Assembly: GCA_951406725.2 (NCBI GenBank)
Contig: OX597821.1
Coordinates: 72,416,001-72,480,000 of the forward strand
DNA: 64,000 nt
Origin: Octopus vulgaris
Lineage: Eukaryota
Direction: 5' to 3'
In this document: one piece after another, positions 39,601 to 52,763 of the stretch
Numbering within the stretch: the stretch's first letter is position 1
Layout of the letters: each line of letters begins with the position of its first letter
Made by a program: the position numbers and the translations under genes
Notes under the pieces: generated by a model
The model's input: only the letters and a program-made list of their open reading frames with translations
What the model was told of the DNA's origin: nothing
The model's database searches: none

Positions 39601-40947
39601 AGGAATAATTATGGAAGGGAAAAAAAACGAGATAATTGGTTCAGAAAGAGCGGGATACAACTCTGCATCATTATAACTTCTTCAGTCGAGCATGTTCTGC
39701 ATCATTATAACTTCTTCAGTCGAACCGTATTTATCAAAAAGTTTTGAGAGAATTACTAAGCAAAATATACAAAAAATGTACACCGATTGGTTGTTAAAAA
39801 AAAAAAAGAGAGAGAAAATTATTTAGAGAATAAATTACTAGAGACGCCATCCGCACGAAAAGTAAGTGTTAGCATATTTAGAACCATGAGTATGAAAAGA
39901 CTATCAAGAAATAATTATGCAGTGACGAAAAAACAGTATTACTCATTGGCTAATATGGTAATTATTTCGGCAAACACGAGAGACAACTTCGAACATATTT
40001 CGATCTTATTATGCTCTCATTAGCAATGTGTAGACGTCATATATTTACTTGGTGAACACCCTGTCTCTACTTCAGCAAGTACCATTTCTTGTTACTGCTC
40101 TCAAATTTATATCTTAAAAAACAAAAAAGAGGTATTTAATTCCTTAATATTTAACCCATATTTAAATTGTGCTAATTTCGCCGAACATGTATGCTATCTT
40201 CGTTTCTCTGCTAAAGAATATATTTTCTAATCACTATTTAGATATCTAATTCTCCAATCGTTATTTTTTATTAATTATAAAGAACAAAATTTGTTGCTAA
40301 TTAAGTTAATTCATTAAAAATGATTAAGTTGGAAATAAGAACATTATGGACAAATAAATATTTTAAAAGTTACTTAAAAATTATGATAGAAAATTTCTCT
40401 TTTCTACCAACATCACTCACAGCCATCGATGGATTGGTTGGGGATGAGAAAAAGTTCGTTAAGAATTGCATCTTCATTAAACAAAATAGACTTATCAAGT
40501 TTTAATGAAGTTTTTCATTGCTTTAAAAGTGTGATTGTTAGATACCATTAAGTTTATAGTGAAGCCATTCTTTTAAATGTGTCCTATTGGCACTTCTTCC
40601 TCAAACCATTTTCTCTTTCATCGATTCTTATATTTTTCTTCTCTAAAACGCAAACGTTTCTTGTTTGTAATTTTCAGCATTTTATATTCTTTTGTCTCTG
40701 TTATTATTTACCTTTACAGCATTTATGTTTATTTTGGCGTTGCAGAATGCAAGTTCTATGAACGAATCTCAGCCTTGTTTAACGATTCCGATTGCACATA
40801 AATTCCGTATTTTCACATAAGTACATTTGTTTTAGCAGTCCATAAATTTATCGTTAAATTAACCGAAGTTTGTTTGAGATTTTAATCGGAACGAATACTT
40901 ATTAAACGTTTAAAATGTCTGACGAGTTGAAACATTATACTAAATAT

Positions 40948-41597
40948 GGTAAATTTTTATACATTCACCCGCACGATTTTCAGTAAGAAAAGAAAAAGAA
41001 AACTCGGATTTTTTGCGTGGAATCAAGTACCCTGACCTCCTAATATAATGCAAACCCCTTATTTTTGTTGGGGGGGGGGCACCAGGAATCATTGGAATTT
41101 TTTTTTTTTTTCGTTGACTGAATTACGGCGACCTAATACTCCACTAAACCGGGCGGAAGTCTTTTCATCCTTTTTTAAGTCCGGAAAATGGGGTGGGATG
41201 ATTCCGTCGGAAATCCCCCCTCTCCCATCGGGAAGTACACCTGCATGATTTTTACTAAGAAAAAAAAGGTCGGATTTTTCGTGTGGAATCAAGTATCCTA
41301 ACCTAATATGCTGCAAACCCCTTATTTTTGTTGGAAAAAAGGCTGGGTGGGGAAACGGGACACCCACCCTCCCGGAATCATTGGAATCACCGTAATTCAT
41401 TCAGCAAAAAAAAATACCCAATGATTCCGGGATAGGGGGAGTCTTGTTTCCCCACCCCTTTTTTTTTCCAAACAAATATAAGGGATCTGCAGCATATTAG
41501 GAGGTCAAGGTACTTGATTCCATGCAAAAAAAAAAAACGATTTTTTTTTTTTTTTTACATAGTAAAAATCATGCGGGTGAAAGCATTAAAATTTACC
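40948..41597. mobile_element. Non-autonomous DNA transposon with long TIRs (Merlin-like termini)
   Basis: Ends GGTAAATTT / AAATTTACC; 8-bp TSD CTAAATAT at 40940-40947 and 41598-41605; arms of about 180 bp and a third internal arm copy at about 41238-41385. Confidence 0.75.
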
Positions 41598-44500
41598 CTA
41601 AATATGATCAATATATCAGCTTTAGTTAATTCATATTAGAACGTGTCATCATTTTTCCCCCTAATTTTTCCATCCATAAGTCTGTTCATATAATAGACTC
41701 TGCTCTACTTTGGTGTACACCTCCTGCCATCCATTCATCAGTTTCCTGATTTCTGTGGAAGGGCTTCATATTTTGTTGTGAAGATTGTATTGTTTAGCTC
41801 AAAGTTGATCCTTGTCAACAGACCTATGATCAAAGACACTCCAGTCCAGCCTTGCACATCCCATCTTTATATACCTTGCATTACATTGTCTAATATGGCT
41901 TTCACATTTTAAAACGAAAGGGATTTGGCTGTTATTGCTAGCAGGTTAAGTGACTGTCATGGTACATTGATGTGTTACGACATGCGTCACAAAAATAATA
42001 AATTTAGATTTTAAAATGGAAAAAATATGTCTTAAAGCATTAAGCTCTCATTTCTCATAAATGTTTGTGCTTCATTCATTGAAGAAAGAAGTTTTATTAT
42101 CTCTAGTTTAAATTACGGTGATCTTTGAGTAGTTTTAATTTTATGCTATTGAGCATTGGTGTCTTGTTTGTATTGGGAACGCTGTGGTTCAGACAGTGCA
42201 AAGTATTGAAAATAAAACTTCTGATTAGTTGAAAAATAAGATTATGTTGATACATGACCTAATTCTCACATTTTTGATATAATATCTCTTAAAAAGAAAA
42301 TGTCACGTGTTTTGAGCCTTTCATTTTAAACAAAAATAAAAAGTGAGAAGTTGAAGAAATGAAACCATCAAATTCTTGCTTGTAAACACCTCTTATCAAA
42401 TGATTCCTTCTTGAGATAAAGTATAACCATATGGGGGTGGGTCTTTCAAAAAAGCTAATCATCATCGTTTAACGACCGTTTTCCATACTGGCATGAGTTG
42501 GGTGGTTCGACTGGGGACTGGGAAACCAGAAGGCTGTGCCAGGCTCCTGTCTGATCTGACAGTGTTTCTACAGCTGGATGCCCTTCCTAACGCCAACCAC
42601 TCCGTGAGTGTAGTGGGTGCTTTTTATGTGCCACCAGCACAGGGGCCAGAGGAGGCTGGCAAACGGCCACGATCGGATGGTGCTTTTTACATGTCATCGA
42701 CACGGATGCCAGTCAAGGCGGTGCTGGCATCGGCCACATTCGGATGGTGCTTTTTACGTGCCACAGGCACGAGTATTACATCTACAATTTCCATTGGATT
42801 TTTATTTTGATGTTAAAGTACTTGACTCTCCACTATACTCATTGCCAATCCTAACCTTACTAACAGCCTCTCTGTAAAGGGCCTGTACAGCCCTTATTTA
42901 CCATTCGTCAATCCCCAGTTTCCACATCAACCACCAGATAAGGGATAACTGTACGATAAAAGATAGCTTTGATGAAAAACAATGTGATATAAACTGTACT
43001 GGCGTGTAAGATACGACAGTTTATTATCTGAAAATGGTACTGATATTTGTGGTGCTTCATATCAACATTTTAGTTTCCAAAATAAAATTTAAAAAACACT
43101 AAAGAAGAAGAATTTCTTGTTTATGAATGTATATTATAACCCCAGGCCATTCCTGGATCAAGCAGGCCTATGATCATTGTCATTCCAATAGTCTTTTTAA
43201 GAATATGATCCTCATGATCTTCATTGTCGTTTGCCATGGGTTGCATGGTTTAACAGGAGCTGGCAAACCACAGAAACGGCACCAAGCTCCACTATCTGCT
43301 TTGGCATGGTCTCCTACGGCAGGATGCCCTTCTTATATCATCATCATCATTTAAAGTTCATTTTTCATGCTAGCACGGGTTGGACGGTTCGACCGGGGTC
43401 TAGTAAGCCATGGAGGCTGCATCAGGCTCCAGTCTGATCTGGCAGAGTTTCTACAGCTGGATGCCCTTCCTGACGCCAACCACTCCAAGAGTGTAGTGGG
43501 TGTTTTTTACATGCCACCGGCACAGGTGCCAGAGCAGGCTGGCAAACGGCCACAATCGTTTGGTGCTTTTTATGTGCCACTGGCACGGAAGCCAGTCGAG
43601 GTGGCGCTGGTAACTGCCACGTTCGGACGGTGCTTTTTACATGTCACTGGCACGGGTGTCTTAACTACAATTTCCATTTGATTTTTATTTTGATGTTGAC
43701 GTACTTGACTCAATAGGTCTCCTCATGAACAGTGGGTCACTCTACGATCCAAGGTTAGCACAGCGGCCGTCCTGCAAGCTATGAACTCACTTCATTTGTC
43801 GGGTCTTCACAGTCACAGCATATTTCAGGGGTCTCGATCTTCATCATTTCCTCTGTGAGGCCCTTCGTGCCACCGGTACGGGTATCACAAATGCAATACC
43901 CATACGATTTTTATTTTGATGCTGATGGACTTGACATATTTTGAACTGATAAGTTACAGGGATGTAAACACACCAACACCAGTTAACAAGCGGATTTGGG
44001 GAACAAACAAATGTGCGGCACACACACAATGGGCTTCTTTCAATTTTCATCTACCAAATCCACTCACAAGGTTTTGGTCAACCCATGGCTATAGTAGAAG
44101 ACACTTGCCCAAGGTGCCACGCAGTGGGACTGAACCCAGAACTATGTGATTAAGAAGCAAACTTCTTAACGCATAGGCACACCTCTAAAGTTGAGCAATG
44201 TTCCACTGTTTTGCAGTGCTGTGTTCCGATTCCTTATAAAAAATGAGAAGCAGAGGAAAGAGACAGACACAAATTGTGGAATGAAGCTTTTAAGGTGTAT
44301 TGACTGCAAATCCTTTGGACATTTGTTGTGCTTTAAGGAGACCTGCAAACATCCGGGAATCATCAAGGTTCTCTTCTCAACTGGCATCAATTAGGATTGC
44401 AAGAGGCTGTCATTTTCATATCCTCTCTTCTTCAAACTGTCTTGCCTTCATTAATTAACACCAATAAGGATAATCCTTTCTACTAAAGGCACAAGGCCTG

Positions 44501-45366
44501 AAATTTGGGGTGGGTGGGCAGGGGACTAGTTGATTACATCTACTCCAGTGTATCACTGGTACTTGATTTATCAACCCAGAATGGGTGAAAGGCAAAGTCG
44601 ACTTTGGTGCAATTTGAACTCAGAACTTGAAGACAGACAAAATGCAACTAATCATATCACCCGTCATGCTAACAACTCTGCCAGCTTTTGCTACCTAATA
44701 ATAATAATAATAATTTCTGCACTAGGCACAAGGCCTTGAAAATTTTGGGGGAAGAGGGATAGCTGATTACATCAACCCCAATGCATAACTGGTACTTATT
44801 TAATCGAACCCAAAAGGCAAAGTTGACTTCAGAACGTAGCGGCTGACAAAATACCTATTTCTTTACTACCCACAAGGGGCTAAACACAGAGAGGACAAAT
44901 AAGGACAGAGAAACGGATTAAGTCAATTACATCGACCCCAGTGCGTAACTGGTACTTATTTAATCGACCCCCAAAAGGATGAAAGGCAAAGTTGAATTCG
45001 GCGGAATTTGAACTCAGAACGTAGTGGCAGATAAAATACCGCTAAGCATTTCGCCCAGCATACTAACGTTTCTGCCAGCTCACCACTTTGATTATCATAA
45101 TAATAATAATAATAATGGTTGATGTTCTACTCAAGATGAGCACTAAGTAAATCTCGGATCAACGATTTTGCAGCCATAACCTTGGGTTACATTATTCGTG
45201 TGGTGCTTCCTTTTAAAGGTGGTGGTGTGTAATTTGAGGGTGATTTCACTGCTATTTCTGGTATGTCAAACAACAAGATAAATTGCTCTACTGCTCTGTT
45301 ATAAAAATAATGGGTTATAATGATGATGATATATGTATGTGAAATATGTTTTTCTTTATCTTCAAG

Positions 45367-45553
45367 TTTAAGAGACATGATGCAAATGAGTTTTGAGAAG
45401 TTTGCCCAAATGGCCAGCGAAAGAGAAGAGATGAGCAGTATTCCCAAGCAAGTGTGGATGACGGACCACAAAAGTAAACAGCAGAAAGAATTCAGAGACA
45501 AACAGACAGAACTGCAGCATCAGGAGAGGAAACCATTTAATAATGGCAAACAG
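45367..45553 (+). CDS. CPLANE1: CPLANE1-like exon 15 (Joubert-domain-like core)
   Basis: ttcaAG / GTAAAA. QVWMTDHKSKQQKEFRDKQTELQHQERKPF matches the CPLANE1 pattern xWMxxKRKERxxEYxxxLxExRxxExxPF; phase 2 to 0. Confidence 0.85.
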
Positions 45554-46090
45554 GTAAAAAAAAAAAACTGTATTTTATGGTTGAATGGATACAAAGTTGA
45601 GCTCTAAAAAAAAAAATGAGTTCTGCTAGAAATCTTGAAATATCGGTATTCATTAATCCTCAGCTGTATTTTGCTCATTCAAACCATTGTGTATATGTAT
45701 ATATATATATATGTTTGTGTGTCTGTGTTTGTCCCCCAAATATCGCTTAACAACCAATGCTGGTGTGTTTACGTCCCCATAACTTAGCGGTTTGGCAAAA
45801 GAAACCGATAGAATAAGTACTAGGCTTACAAAGAATAAGTCCTGGGGTCGATTTGCTCGACTAAAAGGCGGTGCTGCCGCATGGCCACAGTCAAATGACT
45901 GAAACAAGTAAAAAAGTATTTAAAAAACAAAGAAAAAAGGCTGCTTTTTTTCATTGATTAGCTTTGGAATGTGATTTTTTAATATATTTTTAAACATTCG
46001 TTCTAAAGTTATTTTATTTGGAAAATAGAAATTATATATTTTACTTTTGTCTGTTAAATCTTAAGTAGAAAACTTTTTTTGTGTATGCAG

Positions 46091-46721
46091 GAGTCAATGA
46101 GCTTTAAAGCTATCGAAAAAGCCATAAAATCCCGCGAACAGCAACGGTCTGAGAGATTTACAAAAACTCAAGAAAAACGACTTCATGATGTTGAAAAATT
46201 GATCCAGAGTTTTCAGTCTGACCAAGCGAAGATCAAGCAGCAGTATTCTCTTCCAAAATGGCCTTCATACAGTCACTCTAAAAGAACTATTGTCTCACCA
46301 AATTCCTCCAAATCATCATTGCACTCAAAGAATTTAATGACAACCAGAACTATTCATACACCAGAAGCTTATAACACATCAAGAGTACAAGAAAGCAAGA
46401 GACCACACTTGCAGTCTGCAAACCAAAGTTTTTTCAGTCTAGAACATCCACGTAACAAGGTACCGCAACCAAATTCTCCAACTGAAAGTTCTTCTAATTA
46501 CGTTGCAACGGTTTCTGATAAACCTAATTCATCGAAAACCAAAGATATTAGTCGTGTTCTCTCATCAGACAAACCATATCAAGATATTGTACGATGCCAG
46601 CGACCTGAGATCACAAGAAAAGTTATCGTTGCTGACTCCAAGCCTTACATTCAACGCCTTGCAGACATCAAACAAGGAAACCTTCAATCAGCAAAAGTTC
46701 ACGACAAACCAAAACTTTATG
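46091..46721 (+). CDS. CPLANE1: CPLANE1-like exon 16
   Basis: tgcAG / GTCAGT. Covers ORF 46079..46729; phase 0 to 1. Confidence 0.8.
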
Positions 46722-46945
46722 GTCAGTAATTTGGTCATTTTCCTCTTTATTTTTAAGTTATTCTTGGACTCTTCCTTAAGTATTCCATTTGGCATTTTGC
46801 ATAAGAACTTATGCTATAAACCATATTTGTCTGTGAGCATAAAGAGAGAAACAGGTCTCCCAAGACATAGGAACCATGAGATTGTGTTTTGCATATATTA
46901 TATTGATAACTGGAAGCATTTGCCATAATGTTTCAAGCATTGAAA

Positions 46946-47258
46946 TCTCTCTATATATAAACAGCAAAATGTGTGTGTGTGTGTGCAATTTTTCAGTTAG
47001 AGGGCTCGCACTTTCTATGGTCATTCAAAACCGTCCAAGGGTGGTCATGCACATCTTTACAACAGAAGTGACTTTTTTGTGAATTTTCTATCCAAAACCC
47101 AATCAAAATGCCCGAAACTTGATACGCCAATTGAATGCCAGCTAGCTGTATGTGATTGGTCGGAGATTTGGACAGTACTCGCGTGTATGTGCGCGCACAC
47201 GCAGCTGTATATGCATGCACTAGCACTATGACCCAGAGTTGCTGGGTCATAGTGCTAG
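46946..47258 (+). mobile_element. Non-autonomous Helitron-like element
   Basis: A|TCTCTCTATATATAAA 5' end, internal (GT)n, 18-bp perfect hairpin at 47219-47259 and CTAG|T 3' end; A/T insertion site with no TSD. Confidence 0.7.
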
Positions 47259-49777
47259 TTATTAATAAAGAAATTTTTTAATTACATTCATTATTTAGTA
47301 TAGGGAGGAAAACAGATGCCAGCTGAATTTCCAGGTTATTTTAATTTGGTAATCAGTTCTATTGAGAATTGTCTTTTAAAACCTTCAGCTTTATTGGCAA
47401 CTGTCAGCTTCAGCTTGGAGACACAAACAGGAAGGATGGAATTAGCAATCCTGATTTGAGCATTCCTTCTTTTTATATTTTGTTGTTAAAACTAAAGAAG
47501 AAAACACAGTAATTAAGGTGTCCCTGCTTGTCCTGTCTTCATCCAGCTTTCATCTAAATCAAAATCACTGATGCGGCAGTTGGCCCGTTTCCATCCTAAT
47601 TATTGGTATTACAATTTGACCACATCTGCCGTGCCCAGACTGTTTCCAGAAGCAAGTGTCTGAACCCCAAGTACGCTTTGTATCTCCTCTCCACAAAAAA
47701 AACACTAATCAGTATGTTAATAGCATCTGTGGAGTTGCAGACCATGCAAGATATTGGCACAGGTGTGGCTGTGTCGTAAGAGGTTTGCTTACCAACCACA
47801 TAGTTCTGGGTTCAGTCCCACTGCATGGCACAGAGGTCAAGTGTCTACTACAGCTTTGGGCCAACCAAAGCCTTGTGAGTGGATTTGGTAGAAGGAAACT
47901 GAAAGAAGCCTGTCAATTCACTTCATTTGTCGGGTCCCGACAAATGAAGTGAGTTCATGCTCGCAGGAGAGCCTGCTGTGCTAACCTTGGATCATAGAGT
48001 GACCCGCTGTTCTTGAGGAGACCTGTTGAGTCAAGTTCATCAACATCAAAAATTCGAATGGTAATTGTAGTTAAGACACCTGTGCTGGTGACACGTAAAA
48101 GCACCGTTTAAGCGTAGCAGTTACTAGCGTCGCCCGACTGGCGTCCGTGTCAGTGGCACGTAAAAGCACCAACTGATTGTGGCCGTTTGCCAGCCTGCAC
48201 TGGCTCCTGTGCTGGTGGCATGTAAAAAACACTCACGGAGTGGCTGGCGTTAGGAAGGGCATCCAGCTGTAGAAACACTGCCAAATTCAGACTGGAGCCT
48301 GGTGCAGCCTCCATGGCTTACCAGACCCCAATCAAACCATCCAACCCATGCTAGCATGGAAAACTGACGTTAAATGATGATGATGATATATATATATGTA
48401 TGTATGTATTTGTGTGTCTGTGTTTGTCCCCTCCCACCATCGCTTGACAACCAATGTCGGTGTATTTACGTCCCCGTAACCTAGTAGTTCAGCAAAAAGA
48501 AACCGATAGAATAAGTACTGGGTTTACAAAGAATAAGTCCTGGGGTCTATTTGTTCAAATAAAGGTGGTGCTCCAGCATGGCCACAGTCAAATGACTGAA
48601 ACAAATAAAAGAATACTTTGCTGAGTGGTTGGTGTTAGGAAGGGCATCCAGCTGTAAAAACCCTGCTGAAACAGTCACAGAAGTCTGGTGCAGGCTTCTG
48701 CCTGGCCAGCTCCTGTCAAACCTTTCCAACCATGCCAGCATGGAAGGCAGATTTAAACGATGATACATATCTGCTTCAGATCCCTTCCCTCTCGGTTTTC
48801 TGTACTCCCTTAGCCTTTTCTTAAATGCTCAACAAGTTACTTCACAAGGAGCAAGGTTTTACAACCATTGTGGGCATAGTTTGTGCAGCGCCAATCCCAG
48901 TCTCTTCTTCTTCAAACTTGTATTGGTCTGGTGCAGTAAGTGTCCCAAGCTCTGCAGTTATCAGGACGCAGGACTTTTATGGAGTTACCCTCTTTTTAGA
49001 TAAGCAATCAAGAGCTGAAGGGCCTCATCTGGGGTGTGAGAGTGACCGTCTCCTGTGACTTGCCATAGCTGGGACCCTGACAAGTGGTACTTTTCCAGGG
49101 CAGAATAGATCTGGGAACAGTAGAGGCTGAGAGGTGGTTCCATACTCCTCAAAACCCTGGAACTACCCCCTCCTCCTCCTTACTGGGGGCAGTTCAGTGA
49201 TACCCAGGACAAAAGCAGTACTCTGAAGTGAATTAAACATAAGACAAAAATTGCCATCAAACGGATTTTTGTAAAGACGGTTTCCATATTTTGTAAGTTT
49301 AAGAATGATTTCTGGAATTAAAAAAAATATTTGAAGATGATTTCTGTTTTCTGTGCCTTTAGAAAAACCTATCGATATATAAATAGCTATAGGCGCAGGA
49401 GTGGCTGTGTGGTAGGTAGCTTGCGTGGCACCTTGGGCAAGTGTCTTCTACTATAGCCTCGGGCCGACCAAAGCCTTGTGAGTGGATTTGGTAGCCAGAA
49501 ACTGAAAGAAGCCCGTCGTATATATATATATATATGCATGTGTATATGTTTGTCCTCCACCCACCAACATCGTTTGACAACCGATGCTGGTGTGTTTAGG
49601 TCCCCAGAAATTAGCAGTTCGGCAAAAGAGACCGATAGAATAAGTACTAGGCTTACAAAGAATAAGTCCTGGGATTGATTTGCTTGACTAAAGGCGGTGC
49701 TCCAGCATGGCTGCAGTCAAATGACTGAAACAAGTAAAAGAGTAAAGAGCTAAAATATTTCATTCATCTTTTTGCAG

Positions 49778-49873
49778 GAGTAAAGAAAATACCAACGGAT
49801 CATAGCAACTCTTCAAAAAACCAAAAAGAACATTTGCAGAAAGGAAACAACTCCAATCCTCTTCACAATCAAA
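49778..49873 (+). CDS. CPLANE1: CPLANE1-like exon 17
   Basis: tttgcAG / GTAAGG. GVKKIPTDHSN...PLHNQ; phase 1 to 1. Confidence 0.7.
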
Positions 49874-50423
49874 GTAAGGTTCCCCGACTTTCTCAATAAT
49901 TCTTTGAGTCAATATTATTCTTAGAGAAAAGTCATAAATCATCATCGTTTAACGTCCGCTTTCCATGCTGGCATGGGTTGGACGGTTTGACTGAGGTCTG
50001 GCGAACCAGATGGCTGCACCAGGCTCCAGTCTTGATCTGGCAGAGTTTCTACAGCTGGATGCCCTTCCTAACACCAACCACTCCGAGAGTGTAGTGGGTG
50101 CTTTTTATGTGCCACCGTCATGAGGGCCAGTCTGGCGGTACTGGTAACGGACACGCTTGAAAATGGTGTTTTTTATGTGCCACCTGCACAGGAGTCAGTC
50201 TGGTGGCACTGGCAACAAAGGTATAACATAATCTTTCCCTGAGGAAACAAAACTACTTTCTGAGTTAAAAATGAATTGAAAAACAGTTATAATCAAACTC
50301 TCAGCCAATTCTGCTCTTGTAACCTGACCGTGCTGGACAGTTTGACCCCTGATAAACATTTTATTACTCCAAAATAATTAAGAAATAATGCAATTTTTCA
50401 CCCTACCCACAACAAAAACAAAA

Positions 50424-50828
50424 TTACATATTTTTTGGAGTAAAGATTATTTGTCAACATAACATGGCAGTCCTAGTTTAGGACAAGTGTTGCTGTAATT
50501 TAGCCCCAGGAGAAATCGTCTCCAGCTGGCTATACGACATGATCTGTCTTTATATTTTCGAACAAAGGAATCTAGCACCCTCACTCAGCTCAGAACAATA
50601 TCTGTGTATCACGATTTCTGGGTTATTTCTCTTCATCTGCACAGAATAATTGTTCAGCTAGAGGTGGCGCTGCCAAATTCCAGTTTGAAATATATAGTTT
50701 TCAAAATGACAACTAGTCACTGATCTATAAATTAGAAAATTCTATTCAAGAGATGTTCAACAACAGTACTTTGGAGTAAAGAGTGTTTGCCAACATAACA
50801 TGGCAGTTTCTAATTTACATATTTTTTG
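50424..50828 (-). mobile_element. 336-bp unit with 47-bp terminal direct repeat, TSD and hammerhead-like fold (retrozyme/Penelope-like)
   Basis: Direct repeats at 50434-50480 and 50770-50817; TTACATATTTTTTG on both flanks; minus-strand hammerhead-like fold at 50601-50645. Confidence 0.65.
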
Positions 50829-51853
50829 TTTTACAAACTAATTTTTTCCAATGTCCCCTCATGATTAGGGAGACAAATATCTCGGATTACTTAGGGAAAG
50901 AGCAGACTTTTGTTCTGCCTTACTTCATTCAAGTTCAGCCATAAATCTCTTTTAAAATGTTATTCACAGGGAATGTTAGTATTATATACAAACTGATCTG
51001 CCTTGAATTTGGGACTCTGTGGTCAATCCCAGGTCCACCTGACTGGCTACTGTGCTGGTGACACGTAAAAAGCACCATCTGAACATGGTCAATGCCAGTG
51101 CCTCCCCAACTGGCTCCTGTGCCAGTGGCATGTAAAACCCACTATCCAAATGTGATCAATGCCAGGTCTGCCTGACTGGCTCCTGTGCTGATGGCACGTA
51201 AAAAGCACCCACTACACTCTCGGAGTGGTTGGTGTTAGGAAAGGCATCCAGCTGTAGAAACTTTGCTAGATAAGATTGGAGCCTGGTGCAGCCTCCTGGT
51301 TCTCCAGACCTCAGTCAAACCATCCACCCCATGCTAACATGGAAAACGGACGTTAAATGATGATGATATACATGCACATCTACTTGGCTTCATCTCTTCA
51401 TCTCTGTGCTTCATCTCTTAACCATTGAATGCTGACCTTTTTCTAGGTTTCTTGTGAATTATATTATTAATAGACGAAGCACCCAGTACCCACTGTAAAA
51501 TGGTTGGCATTTAAGATGAGGACGATGCTGCCTTGTGGTTTACCAAATCCTGTGAAATTGTCCAATCCATGCCAGCATGGAAAACAGACATTAAATGATG
51601 AAAACAAGTAGGGCTGTCCTCTCTAGACTCTCACCCCCCCCCCTTTAGCAAGACCACTGTTAATTGTCTTGTTTTCTATTTGTTTCTCTTGTTTGCAAAC
51701 CCAAGCTTGTCTTCGTATTTCATGTTTACGTTTTATGACGTCCTGTACCCATATATGCACATATATAAGTATGTATGCATATATATGTATATATATACAT
51801 ACACATTTATTATACCATTTCATATATATGTATCTATCTTGATAATTCAACAG

Positions 51854-51961
51854 GATATGAACAAACTTATACTTTCCATCAAAGAATTCCAAGGCACAAA
51901 CCACTTTCTTATACCGAAAGACTTCGACAACTCTCAAATAGAGGTACCTACACCTCAAAAG
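51854..51961 (+). CDS. CPLANE1: CPLANE1-like exon 18
   Basis: caacAG / GTAGGA. YEQTYTFHQRIPRHKPLSYTERLRQLSNRGTYTSK; phase 1 to 1. Confidence 0.7.
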
Positions 51962-52763
51962 GTAGGATATTTTTCACTCTTATGTCATGCACACACACGT
52001 ATGTATATATATATATACAACCCTGATGATAATATGTTGTATATTGAATGTAGTACAGTTGATTGATGTAGCATCACAAAAATATATAAAGAAGTGGAGA
52101 TTTTGAATTCACACAATATTCTGTTTGTGGATGACATCTATTTTTTTCTTGATGAATTATTATTTAATTATTTCTTCCCATTGGTTAAATGTTGATATAT
52201 TAATATATGATTAATAAATGATCATTTAAGGACAGGTATGGCTAAATAGCACATGGTAATTAATCAATATTATCAGGAATTATTGCATAATGATGTAAGA
52301 TAGATTATATTGAAGTACAACGAAACAATTGTAAATTCATCATCACCATACGCCTGGTTAGATGGTAAATTGAATTAGTAAAATGATTTGCGTCCTCCAT
52401 TTTATAATATCTATCATTATAAATACTCTGCATGGCACGACAAATGATCTCCATGTTCCAGTTTCGTCCGCTAATAAATGTCTTTGGAATTGCTTAATAC
52501 CTCAATGAACTTTATATATATAGGCACAGGAGTGGCTGTGTTGTAAGAAAGTTGTTTCCCAACCACATGATTCCAGGTTCAGACCCACTGCATGGCACCT
52601 TGGGCAAATATCTTCTACTATAGCCTCAGGCTGACTAAAGCCTTGTGAGTTGATTTGGTAGACAAAAATTGAAAGCCCGTCATATATATGTCTAATATAG
52701 GATAAAATTTTCAAAAAATTTTATCAGTGGCCAGTATATTTAAAAAATACTTTTTTAAGGTGA

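Noticed and set aside
42493-43681. Recurrent short ORFs containing FLQLDALPNANHS
   Set aside because: They are translations of the antisense RTE-tail repeat; the same peptide recurs at each copy and is not a gene family.
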